Source of the DNA: Gloeobacterales cyanobacterium
GTDB taxonomy: Bacteria; Cyanobacteriota; Cyanobacteriia; Gloeobacterales; PMM-0068
DNA length: 64,000 nt
Assembly (NCBI GenBank): GCA_038245785.1
Contig: JBBRSB010000004.1
Coordinates: forward strand, 96,001 to 160,000
Reading direction: 5' to 3'
Each line of letters opens with the position of its first letter. Position 1 is the first letter of the stretch. The translations under genes were made by a program, and so were the position numbers. Shown one piece after another: positions 21,046 to 29,860 of the stretch. Under the pieces are notes generated by a model, which saw nothing but the letters and a program-made list of their open reading frames with translations, did not search any database and was not told the origin of the DNA.

Positions 21046-22095
21046 ATGATTGTTACGTCGTCACTTCAGATCACCCCTGAGCTGCTCGCACTCGTTGCCG
21101 AGGTTGATGAATTTAAGGGGGCGTGGCGAGCTTTGGGGACGCTTGCGCCCGAACGACTGTCCGCTCTGCGTCGTGTTGCAACCATTGAGAGCATCGGATC
21201 ATCCACCCGAATTGAGGGCAGTCGCCTTTCAGATCGTGAGGTAGAGCGCCTTCTAGGAAACCTGGAGATCAAGACTTTTGCTTCGCGGGACGAACAGGAA
21301 GTCGCTGGTTACGCTGAGGTGATGGAAACCATTTTTTCTGCCTGGGTCGCAATACCGATTACAGAGAGTCACATCCTGCAGCTTCATCGAGATCTTCTCA
21401 AGTACAGCAATAAAGATGAATGGCATCGGGATAAATACAAGACTTCTTCCAACAGCGTTGCTGCGTTCGATGAGGTTGGTCAGCAGGTTGGTATAGTCTT
21501 TGAAACGGCAACACCGTTTGAAACGCCAAGACTGATGGAAGAGTTGGTTATTTGGTTTAATGAAACGATTCAGCAGCGATCGCTACATCCGCTGATCGCG
21601 ATAGGGGTTTTCGTCGTTGTATTCTTGGAGATTCACCCCTTTCAAGATGGAAACGGTCGCCTGAGCCGCGTTCTGACGATGCTACTTCTGCTTCAGGCAG
21701 GTTACGCCTACGTACCGTACAGTTCCCTCGAAAGCGTCATCGAACAGAGTAAGGAGAGCTACTACCTTGCTTTACGTCGCACTCAAGGCACCATCCGTAG
21801 CGATGCGCCCAACTGGCTTCCCTGGTTGCTCTTTTTTTTGAAGGCGCTGTACCGTCAGATGCAAATTCTTCGAACTAAGGTCGAACGGGAAAAGATGCTC
21901 CTGACGAATCTGTCTGATCTATCGATTCAGATTCTGGACGCTCTCAAAGATCGCGGGCGCATCACTATTGGCGAGGCGGTCATAATTACGGGTGCCAATC
22001 GCAACACGCTAAAGCCGCATTTCAAGAATCTGCTCGAAAAGGGCTTTATCGAACTCCACGGAAGATGGCGAGGTGCTGGGTATCGCCTCCTATAA
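21046..22095 (+). CDS. Fic family protein with C-terminal HTH
   Basis: HPFQDGNGRLSR catalytic motif; N-terminal STRIEG autoinhibitory motif. Confidence 0.92.
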   Translation: MIVTSSLQITPELLALVAEVDEFKGAWRALGTLAPERLSALRRVATIESIGSSTRIEGSRLSDREVERLLGNLEIKTFASRDEQEVAGYAEVMETIFSAWVAIPITESHILQLHRDLLKYSNKDEWHRDKYKTSSNSVAAFDEVGQQVGIVFETATPFETPRLMEELVIWFNETIQQRSLHPLIAIGVFVVVFLEIHPFQDGNGRLSRVLTMLLLLQAGYAYVPYSSLESVIEQSKESYYLALRRTQGTIRSDAPNWLPWLLFFLKALYRQMQILRTKVEREKMLLTNLSDLSIQILDALKDRGRITIGEAVIITGANRNTLKPHFKNLLEKGFIELHGRWRGAGYRLL

Positions 22096-22144
22096 GTTTT
22101 AACGGCATATTTTGTTATTCTTTCTGGCCTTTAAGAGACTTCTT

Positions 22145-22161
22145 GCCCCCCTGCCCCCCAA
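22145..22161 (+). repeat. C-run REP-like repeat, interrupted by IS3 end
   Basis: GCCCCCCTGCCCCCCAA; perfect reverse complement at 23686-23702. Confidence 0.6.
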
Positions 22162-22162
22162 C

Positions 22163-23443
22163 TGACCTTACCCGAAAAAAGTGGACAGGTAAGTTAAGCT
22201 GCCACCTGATGCTCTAGGGTGAGCCAGTATTCCTCCTCAAACTGAACAGGGGAACGGTATCCAATCGTCGAGTGTAGGCGCTGTCGATTGTAGAATACCT
22301 CAATCCATTCCGCGATGGTCGTTCTGGCGATGGCTCTTGAGGAGAAAATTCTGGGATGAATCAACTCAGTTTTGAGAGTGCCAAAAAAGCTTTCAGCTAC
22401 GGAATTATCCCAGCAATTGGCTCGACGGCTCATACTACAGGTTATCCCAGCCTTTTGGAGAGCGGCTTGATAGTCGCCACTGCCCGGTCAGAATGAAAGA
22501 TTAACCCGGCTGGTGAGGGTATGCGCTGCCCCAAGGCTGAATCTAAAGCTGTCAAGACCAATTCTGTACGCATATGCTCAGCCATGGACCAACCTACCAC
22601 CCGTCGGGAGAACAGGTCGATAATGACGGCCAAGTAAAGCCATCCTTCAGCCGTCCAAATATAGGTTATGTCTGCCACCCAGACCCGGTCGGGCTCAGTC
22701 GTTGTAAAGTCCCTATCCAAAACATTCTCAGCAATGGGTAAGTCGTGCCCAGAATCGGTCGTGACCTTGAATCTGCGCTTGGGACGAGCGCAAATACCGA
22801 GTTGTGCCATTAACCGAACGACCCGTTGGCGACCAAGCTGAAATCCGGTAGCGACTAAAGCCGCGTGAATTCTGGGAGAGCCATAGGTTTGACGACTCGC
22901 TTGGTGAATCTGTTTAATCTGTTGAGACAAGATTTCATTCTCCTGAGTTTTGGGGGATGCTTTGCACTTGAACCAGGCGTAATAGCCACTCCTGGCCAGA
23001 TTAAGCACCTTACACATCAAGGCAATGGGAAAGTTAACCTTCTCTGCATGGATTAGCTCATAGGGTCTGAGTTTTCCTTGGCACTAGAGCGAAGCTCGTG
23101 CGCAGCAGAAGGTCGCGGCCTTTTTTAGAAAGTCACGCTCCATTTGAACCCGCTTCAGGTCGCGGCGTAAGGCTATCAGTTCTTTACGTTCAGCAGAAGT
23201 CAGTTGCTCTTGCGGGTTTAATTGATGGTCCACCTGGGCTCGTTTGACCCATTGTCGGAGGGCGCTTTCGGTCAGACCCATTTCTTTGGCAACTTGGCTG
23301 ACGGGTTTGCCAGATTGAGTGACGATGCGAACTGCCTCAGCTTTCTGTTCGTCTGTAAATATCCTGCGCGGTTTTTTACTCATGTGAACATTCTCCTAAG
23401 TTATCGACTCTTCGGGAATGTCTACTAAATCGGGGGAAGGTCA
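22163..23443 (-). mobile_element. IS3-family insertion sequence, decayed
   Basis: Imperfect terminal IRs TGACCTTACCCGAAAAAAGTGGACA / TGACCTTCCCCCGATTTAGTAGACA; orfA HTH (23084-23383); orfB DDE ([20 protein letters not shown]) frameshifted near 22480. Confidence 0.92.
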
Positions 23444-23445
23444 AC

Positions 23446-23643
23446 GGGGTCGCAAGAGCTACTTGGCAACAATTTAGCCAGGTTCGCTGTGCTGTCATCC
23501 GCCCCCTCTGCGACTATGCTGATGCCAGCAAAAACGATCAATGGCATCCCTACGCTGCTGCTGTCGCGGCAGGATTTACCAAAGCCTTCCTGCTCGACGA
23601 ACCTCTTAAGCCGAGAAACCGACCCGGAGACTACCAAGTCTGA
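23446..23643 (+). pseudogene. 3' remnant of a PNP/MTA-SAH nucleosidase-like domain gene
   Basis: Hand translation GVARATW...VIRPLCDYADASKNDQWHPYAAAVAAGFTKAFL; begins at the IS end. Confidence 0.7.
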
Positions 23644-23670
23644 AGATAAATCTCCCCACACTCAAACGCT

Positions 23671-23702
23671 CAGAACCCCCCAGAATTGGGGGGCAGGGGG
23701 GC
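23671..23702 (-). repeat. G/C-run REP-like hairpin repeat
   Basis: CAGAACCCCCCAGAATTGGGGGGCAGGGGGGC. Confidence 0.6.
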
Positions 23703-23704
23703 GA

Positions 23705-24823
23705 TTACACCCGTAGAAAGATTTGTCGTTCATAGAGATAGCGTAAAACCAACCATTTTAAAAAGAGAATTCCAGCAGCCAGAATAACGGCTTCAGCGGG
23801 AAAGGCCAGTCTTGCTAAACCACCGAAGAAGAACTTGCTAGTGAAGGCAAAATCAATAAATTCCTGTACGACGTAGATAGTAATAGAGTTCATACCAATT
23901 ACAATAAAGAAGAAAGCCCAACTTCGCCAGCCACGAACATCGATCAGATAATAGAACACAGCTAAAAGGGCTAAACTCCATCCGCCCGCGACGAGAACAT
24001 AGGAACTGGTCCAGAGATTTTTGATGATTGGAAAAAATAGTCCCCATAGATAACCAATGACAAGACAAACAATAGCCCCAGCTCTTAGTCCACGCATTTT
24101 GGCCTGAGGAGAACGCTTTGAGCGCAACCATTGTCCCGTTAATACGCCCAGGAACGTGGTGCTGACGGCCGGGATCGTTGAAAGAAGCCCTTCGTTATCT
24201 CCGTAATAGTTGGAATAAGGATGGCAACAAAACTGCCCTGGAATCAAGAGACGGTCAATGTAGCCAGCCAAATTTCCCTGCATAGAAAAATCTCCAGCCC
24301 GATAACCAGGGGCCGGAATCCAAGCGAGTAATGCCCAATATCCCAGCAGCAAACTCACCATCACAATCGCTTGCCCTCGGACTTTCAAATTCAGGACTAC
24401 AAGCGCTGTTACAAAATAGCAAATACCAATCCGCTGGAGGACTCCAGGCCAGCGGAACTCTTGGAAATCAAACTGGAGAATACCGCCAACGATCCAGCCC
24501 AATCCGATAAGCGCCAAGGCGCGAATAGCGATTCGACGATAGGCTGGAGCACGGTCCACTTCGGCCGTAGCGTATTGAGCTAGGGAAAAGGGCAACACTA
24601 CGCCAACAATGAATAGAAACAGGGGAAAAATCAGGTCATAGGAATGGAACCCTTCCCATTCAACATGTTTCATTTGCTCTGTCAGCAGCGGCCACTGTAA
24701 CCACCCGGCTAATGCTTTGAAAAGCACATCTCCGCCGATGATCCAGAACATATCAAAACCACGGAGCGCATCAATGGACCGAACACGGGCAGTACGAAAT
24801 TTAGGGACTTCCAATTCTTGCAT
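23705..24823 (-). CDS. DUF5009/HGSNAT-like membrane acyltransferase
   Basis: SIDALRGFDMFWI, DLIFPLFLFIVG, GVLQRI, PIIKNLWTSSY. Confidence 0.85.
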   Translation of the reverse strand: MQELEVPKFRTARVRSIDALRGFDMFWIIGGDVLFKALAGWLQWPLLTEQMKHVEWEGFHSYDLIFPLFLFIVGVVLPFSLAQYATAEVDRAPAYRRIAIRALALIGLGWIVGGILQFDFQEFRWPGVLQRIGICYFVTALVVLNLKVRGQAIVMVSLLLGYWALLAWIPAPGYRAGDFSMQGNLAGYIDRLLIPGQFCCHPYSNYYGDNEGLLSTIPAVSTTFLGVLTGQWLRSKRSPQAKMRGLRAGAIVCLVIGYLWGLFFPIIKNLWTSSYVLVAGGWSLALLAVFYYLIDVRGWRSWAFFFIVIGMNSITIYVVQEFIDFAFTSKFFFGGLARLAFPAEAVILAAGILFLKWLVLRYLYERQIFLRV

Positions 24824-24983
24824 GGTGATCTACCACAAAGGATGAACACTCAGTTTCGTAGTGAGCGATGCCAGAGAATCTATGAATGCCATAGGCCACC
24901 TAGATGGAGGCAGCGTAACACAACAATCGGTTACACGCTAAAGATTAAGGAGGTGAAGGCAGAAACAAAACATATAGATCTAT

Positions 24984-25397
24984 TCAGTCTCGCAGAAGGG
25001 AACAGTACCCCATCTGCTGGAAGACTTGATTTGTGGTCAAAACATCTTTAAGACCGTACTCTTTCATCACCACGAAGGAAATGCAATCGGTCATGTCCCA
25101 CTGTTTATCTTTATGGTCGCAAAACAGCTTGTATGCAGCATGGTAAATGGATTCCGATAGAGGAATCGTAGCTATATTGGGGTCAGCATCGATGGCCTCT
25201 AATAGGCTAACAGCCTCTGTGTGGTACTGCTGTCTAGAGAGCGCATTGCTTATTCTTACTATTACCAATTGAGTTGTGACTATAAAGATCCCAGCAGCCT
25301 CAATCTGCGCCGCTAGCTGAATCGCTTTTTTATGAAACAGGTCAGATCGATTCACCAAGGCAATAGCAAACGTGGTGTCTAGAAACACCTCAATCAT
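24984..25397 (-). CDS. VapC/PIN toxin with degenerate active site
   Basis: FLDT, TDCISF; R and N occupy the usual E and D positions. Confidence 0.8.
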   Translation of the reverse strand: MIEVFLDTTFAIALVNRSDLFHKKAIQLAAQIEAAGIFIVTTQLVIVRISNALSRQQYHTEAVSLLEAIDADPNIATIPLSESIYHAAYKLFCDHKDKQWDMTDCISFVVMKEYGLKDVLTTNQVFQQMGYCSLLRD

Positions 25398-25629
25398 GAG
25401 ACTTTACTCCCTCACCATATAAGTAATGCTGGATATTGGTTGACCAGTCTGTTGGCCCTTGTAACTGAAGAGCTTGAGCCGTCTGCAGGAATGAACGAAG
25501 TTTAGCTGGCTCAGTAGACTCGATAGCTTCAATGGTAATGCGCACTCTGGTTCCTTTCTTAAGTTCCAGAGGTTCTTTAAGGTGCAGCACCGTTCCATCG
25601 AACACTGCTTCTACTATTTTGCCAACCAT
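25390..25629 (-). CDS. DUF104/AF2212-like antitoxin
   Basis: VEAVFDGTVLHLKEPLEL..GTRVRITI; overlaps vapC. Confidence 0.8.
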   Translation of the reverse strand: MVGKIVEAVFDGTVLHLKEPLELKKGTRVRITIEAIESTEPAKLRSFLQTAQALQLQGPTDWSTNIQHYLYGEGVKSHD

Positions 25630-25749
25630 TCTTTAATCGTCCGCCTTTGTCCTAAGTATAAGCTTGCCCTATCTTCCACGACTAACAACATCGACTCAAC
25701 CGCTCCCATCGCCTGTTAGAACAACCATGATTTGCCTTGAGACACCCTA

Positions 25750-26049
25750 TTATGCTGTTTTTGGTAGGACTTCTACCTTCACTTGCATTCCTGCTCGCAC
25801 CAGCATATTTATCAACTTATCAACACTAAAACGGCTAATTTCACCATTCATTAAGTTGCTGATTCTTGGTTGTGTCTCTTCAAAAAATTCCGCTGCCTGC
25901 TCCTGAGTCCAACCATTTTCTTGAATAAATTGCCTTATGTCCAGCATCAAATCTGCTCGAATCTTTAGGTTTGCTGCTTCCTCAACATTGAATCCTAAAT
26001 CCTCAAATACATTTTCGCTGCCTTGGGTAATTCTATATTTAGTCATCAC
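25750..26049 (-). CDS. XRE-family HigA-like antitoxin (orphan)
   Basis: GSENVFEDLGF, WTQEQAA...TQPRISNL, FSVDKLI. Confidence 0.85.
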   Translation of the reverse strand: MMTKYRITQGSENVFEDLGFNVEEAANLKIRADLMLDIRQFIQENGWTQEQAAEFFEETQPRISNLMNGEISRFSVDKLINMLVRAGMQVKVEVLPKTA

Positions 26050-26052
26050 TTG

Positions 26053-27033
26053 TTATTTCAACCAACCCACAGCATCTTTTGCATGGTAGGTAATCAAAAT
26101 ATCCGCTCCTGCACGTTTCATCGAAAGTAGGGTTTCCAAAACGACTGCTTTTTCGTCAATCCAGCCTAATTGAGCAGCAGCTTTGACCATTGAGTATTCA
26201 CCGGAGACGTTATAGGCTGCAACTGGCAATTGGGTGACTTCTTTGATGCGCCAAATGATGTCGAGATAAGCGAGGGCTGGCTTAACCATCAACATATCAG
26301 CCCCCTCCATTACGTCTAGCTCTACTTCTTTTAGGGCTTCTCGGCTATTGGCAGGGTCCATTTGATAGGTGCGGCGGTCTCCAAACTGAGGAGTAGATTC
26401 GGCAGCTTCGCGAAATGGACCATAGTAGGCAGAAGAGTATTTAGCGGCATAGGAAAGAATAGGCGTATCTGTAAAACCAGCTTCATCCAGTCCACTGCGA
26501 ATAGCCTGAATCATGCCATCCATCATGCCTGAGGGGGCAATCACATCTGCTCCTGCCTCCGCCTGTGAGGCTGCAGTTTTTTTCAACAGTTCTAAGGTCG
26601 GGTCATTCAGCACTTTGCCCTGCTTGTCATCCTCTTTGAGGACGCCACAGTGACCATGAGAGGTATATTCACAAAGGCAGGTATCAGCGATCACGATTAA
26701 GTCAGGGACCGCCGCTTTAATCGCACGGGTGGCATCTTGGACAATGCCATGGTCATGCCAAGCTCCGGTGGCAGCCAAGTCTTTATCTTCGGGAATACCA
26801 AACAGAATCACAGCAGGAATGCCTAAGTCATAGACCTGTTTAGCCTCTTCCACCGCCTTATCAATTGATAGTTGGTAGACCCCAGGCATGGAAGAAACTT
26901 CTTTGGCGAAGCCTTCTCCCGGCACGATAAAGAGCGGATAGACAAAATCACTAGCAGTCAGGCTTGTTTCCCGAACCAAGCGGCGGAGGTTGGGATGCTG
27001 ACGAAGACGGCGGGGACGACTGATGGGAAACAT
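26053..27033 (-). CDS. hemB: Porphobilinogen synthase
   Basis: [29 protein letters not shown]. Confidence 0.97.
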   Translation of the reverse strand: MFPISRPRRLRQHPNLRRLVRETSLTASDFVYPLFIVPGEGFAKEVSSMPGVYQLSIDKAVEEAKQVYDLGIPAVILFGIPEDKDLAATGAWHDHGIVQDATRAIKAAVPDLIVIADTCLCEYTSHGHCGVLKEDDKQGKVLNDPTLELLKKTAASQAEAGADVIAPSGMMDGMIQAIRSGLDEAGFTDTPILSYAAKYSSAYYGPFREAAESTPQFGDRRTYQMDPANSREALKEVELDVMEGADMLMVKPALAYLDIIWRIKEVTQLPVAAYNVSGEYSMVKAAAQLGWIDEKAVVLETLLSMKRAGADILITYHAKDAVGWLK

Positions 27034-27113
27034 GGCGTTAATCTTGAGGAGCGCTCGTGTATTATACAGTTCCGCAAATCGTCAAACTTCATAGACTTGA
27101 TGCTATGCAGAAA

Positions 27114-27503
27114 CTACCGCAGGATACGGGCTTCAATGGCCGCAGAGCCTCTCATCCCAATCGCTCTAGCAGCAGCGGGTGATAAATCCAAAAAATAGCG
27201 GGGCGTGTAAGGTCCCCGATCGTTTACACGGACTACGATACTTCTGCCGTTCCTTGGGTTTGTGACTTTAATCATCGTGCCAAAAGGTAGCGTACGGCTA
27301 GCACAGGTAAGTTTATCCACTTGGAAGCTCTCGCCTGAGGCAGTTGGTCTGCCATCGAACTTGTTGGCATAGTAGCTTGCGTGTCCACGCATTACGCTAC
27401 CTGTCTCTTCCAAATTTTCTTTTGCCTGGAGCGGGGAGCTGTACGCATGCGTAAGCATGGCAACGCCCAAGATTGCTGCAGCAAAGCCGCGTAATCTGAC
27501 CAT
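27114..27503 (-). CDS. RlpA-like lytic transglycosylase (DPBB)
   Basis: ASYY...TASGE, TLPFGT, VRVNDRGP, DLS. Confidence 0.88.
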   Translation of the reverse strand: MVRLRGFAAAILGVAMLTHAYSSPLQAKENLEETGSVMRGHASYYANKFDGRPTASGESFQVDKLTCASRTLPFGTMIKVTNPRNGRSIVVRVNDRGPYTPRYFLDLSPAAARAIGMRGSAAIEARILR

Positions 27504-27764
27504 AATTTATCCTCTGTCTTAGTTTTTGAGTAAACCCAAAATTTGCGTCAGATTACCACGAAAAAATAGTCAGTTCAGGACAATTTTGATACAAAACAAG
27601 AAGCTACTGGGTCATACAAGACCAAAAAACATGGCGCTGACCTTGTTTCCCCATATCTCGCTTATTTATTCAAGGGCGCGCATGTTTATAAAAAAATCAT
27701 GAGAGGGGTAATTTGCCAGAGTGATAGATTAAGCCAAACGTCCTTACTTGAACGAGAGGTCACT

Positions 27765-28682
27765 ATGCTCGCTTCTACCCAAGAACTCCTGGAAACGGCA
27801 CGACGGAACGTATATGCGATCGGGGCATTTAATGTCTACAACCTAGAGGGGATGAAAGCAGTGCTCAATGCAGCAGAAGCCACGCGCAGTCCTGCTATGC
27901 TGCAGCTTCATCCCAGTGCCCTGAAGTTTGGTCAATCGGCCTTAGTAGCCATGTGTCTGGAAGCTGCAAGAGCTGCGATTGTGCCTATCTCCGTTCATCT
28001 CGACCACAGTACGGCGATCAAGGACATTCACCAATCTCTAGAAGCGGGGATGACTTCGATTATGGCGGATGGCTCCCACTTGCCCTATGACCAGAACTTA
28101 GCCTTCACACGGGAAATGACACAGCTTGCCCATAAATACAATGCCGTTGTAGAAGCTGAAATTGGCAGAATCAGCGGTACGGAAGATGGCTTAACAATCG
28201 CAGAGAAAGAAGCCAAGATGACGGACCCCGATCAAGCCGTTGAATTTGTCCAGGCAACCCAGGTAGATGCCCTTGCTGTAACGATCGGCAACGTCCATGG
28301 TGAGTACAAAAGTCCACCCCGTCTGGATTTTGACCGCCTTAATCGCATTCGCAACCTGATCGATATTCCTCTGGTTCTGCATGGAGCCTCTGGGTTGCCG
28401 GGCTGGATGATTGACCAGTCGATCCAGTCAGGCGTTTGTAAGTTTAATGTCAATACCGAAGTACGGCAAGCTTATATGCAGTCGTTGAAGGATGAAATCT
28501 GTGGATCGAATCCGAAGGATTTGCTGGATGTTGCCAACAAAGCAGTTGCAGCAATGCAATCAGTGATCACGGAAAAGCTCACCCTCTTTGGTTCTGTTGG
28601 CAAAGCCCATCTGCACGAAACGCCCTACGCCGAAGTCCTGGCGGGGTTAGGACGATATGGACGGACCCCGCTAACGCCTTAA
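27765..28682 (+). CDS. Class II ketose-bisphosphate aldolase
   Basis: GAFNVYN, HLDH, VEAEIG, GNVHG, LVLHGASG, KFNVNT; SD GAGGT before ATG 27765. Confidence 0.88.
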   Translation: MLASTQELLETARRNVYAIGAFNVYNLEGMKAVLNAAEATRSPAMLQLHPSALKFGQSALVAMCLEAARAAIVPISVHLDHSTAIKDIHQSLEAGMTSIMADGSHLPYDQNLAFTREMTQLAHKYNAVVEAEIGRISGTEDGLTIAEKEAKMTDPDQAVEFVQATQVDALAVTIGNVHGEYKSPPRLDFDRLNRIRNLIDIPLVLHGASGLPGWMIDQSIQSGVCKFNVNTEVRQAYMQSLKDEICGSNPKDLLDVANKAVAAMQSVITEKLTLFGSVGKAHLHETPYAEVLAGLGRYGRTPLTP

Positions 28683-29336
28683 TTTTCCCTTCCGCTGTTT
28701 ACTATTTTCCTCAGCCTTAATCACTCTTGACTCCAAAGTGAATTCGGGAATATCCCACAGTTGGTGAGCCTCCAGGTTGTATTGCTCACAGACGAGACTT
28801 AGACGGAAGCCAGAACTCTTAACCGGGTTGACAGAATGGGTCAAGTCTCCTTGGAAGAAGAGCAGAGTATTCGTCTGGGGAGTAATTTTTCCGACCTGGC
28901 GTTTGTTGGATTGTAAAACCAGTTCCCCTCCTTCCAAATCGATGGGCACTTCGATATAAAGGACGCTGACTAAAGCGGGAGGTTCAATGGTTTTGCAGTA
29001 GGAACGGAGGGAGCGGTCAATGTGAGGGTCCACCCGAGAGCCTGTTTTGAGTAGGAGGGGATTGAGATAAAACGCATTGCATTCTGGCTGCAAGGCCCGG
29101 TCTAGATAGGGTTTAAAGTGTGGGAAATTTTGTTCGACCGTGCTCAGGTGTGACCGCTGGAAAACTACAGAAAACCCCTTGGTCCTAACAAAATCACGAT
29201 TGAGATTATTCACTGCAAAATAAGGAGATGCCAAAATCTGTCCTTGCAGCACACTCAGATAATTTGGATCAAAAGCCTGGGGATACTGGTGATGGTACAT
29301 GGACTGCAAGCTCAAGAGAGTTTTTGACGCTACCAA
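28671..29336 (-). CDS. 2OG-Fe(II) oxygenase
   Basis: HID, GGELVL, THSV, RLSLV. Confidence 0.8.
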   Translation of the reverse strand: MVASKTLLSLQSMYHHQYPQAFDPNYLSVLQGQILASPYFAVNNLNRDFVRTKGFSVVFQRSHLSTVEQNFPHFKPYLDRALQPECNAFYLNPLLLKTGSRVDPHIDRSLRSYCKTIEPPALVSVLYIEVPIDLEGGELVLQSNKRQVGKITPQTNTLLFFQGDLTHSVNPVKSSGFRLSLVCEQYNLEAHQLWDIPEFTLESRVIKAEENSKQRKGKLRR

Positions 29337-29395
29337 TATCCTGTCATGATTGGTGCGTACTATTTATTTGATAACGAGACAGGGAGCATAAAGCT

Positions 29396-29632
29396 ATGCG
29401 GTGTAAAGTTACCAGCCGTGCAGGTCAAGTTTTAGCCAATGGCCGCCTGATCATCCACAAAGAAGACGATGGAACCTTGCGCTTGGATATGGAAACTGAT
29501 AGGGGGCGACTACTCCAGGGAGGAACCATTGGACCAGATGGCGATATGGCAGCGGCTAGCCAGGCGCTATTCCGTCAGTTTTTTGAAGTTTGGGGCCTGA
29601 GCGACTTGACCCTAAACATCTCCATCCGCTGA
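29396..29632 (+). CDS. Hypothetical 78-aa protein
   Basis: GGGAG SD; sole ORF in the intergenic gap; protein-like composition. Confidence 0.65.
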   Translation: MRCKVTSRAGQVLANGRLIIHKEDDGTLRLDMETDRGRLLQGGTIGPDGDMAAASQALFRQFFEVWGLSDLTLNISIR

Positions 29633-29860
29633 GAAATTTTTCTCTCTGCACAAGCCATCGCTTACCTTTTTTCGCACTCTTCAGATTCACGCCACCTATT
29701 CATAAGAGAAAACAGTTTAGGGACCTGGTTTGAATGGGTACCTTAAATGATGATAGGCGTGGGCAAATGACTGAGTGGGGGACCCCTAAGCAGAAGAGCT
29801 AGCTTCAGCGATATCAGAGCTGATGCTCGATAGAGAAATGTTTGAACGAGATTTAAATGC

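Noticed and set aside
23425..23716. 78-aa and 75-aa ORFs beside the IS
   Set aside because: Alternative frames over the PNP-domain remnant
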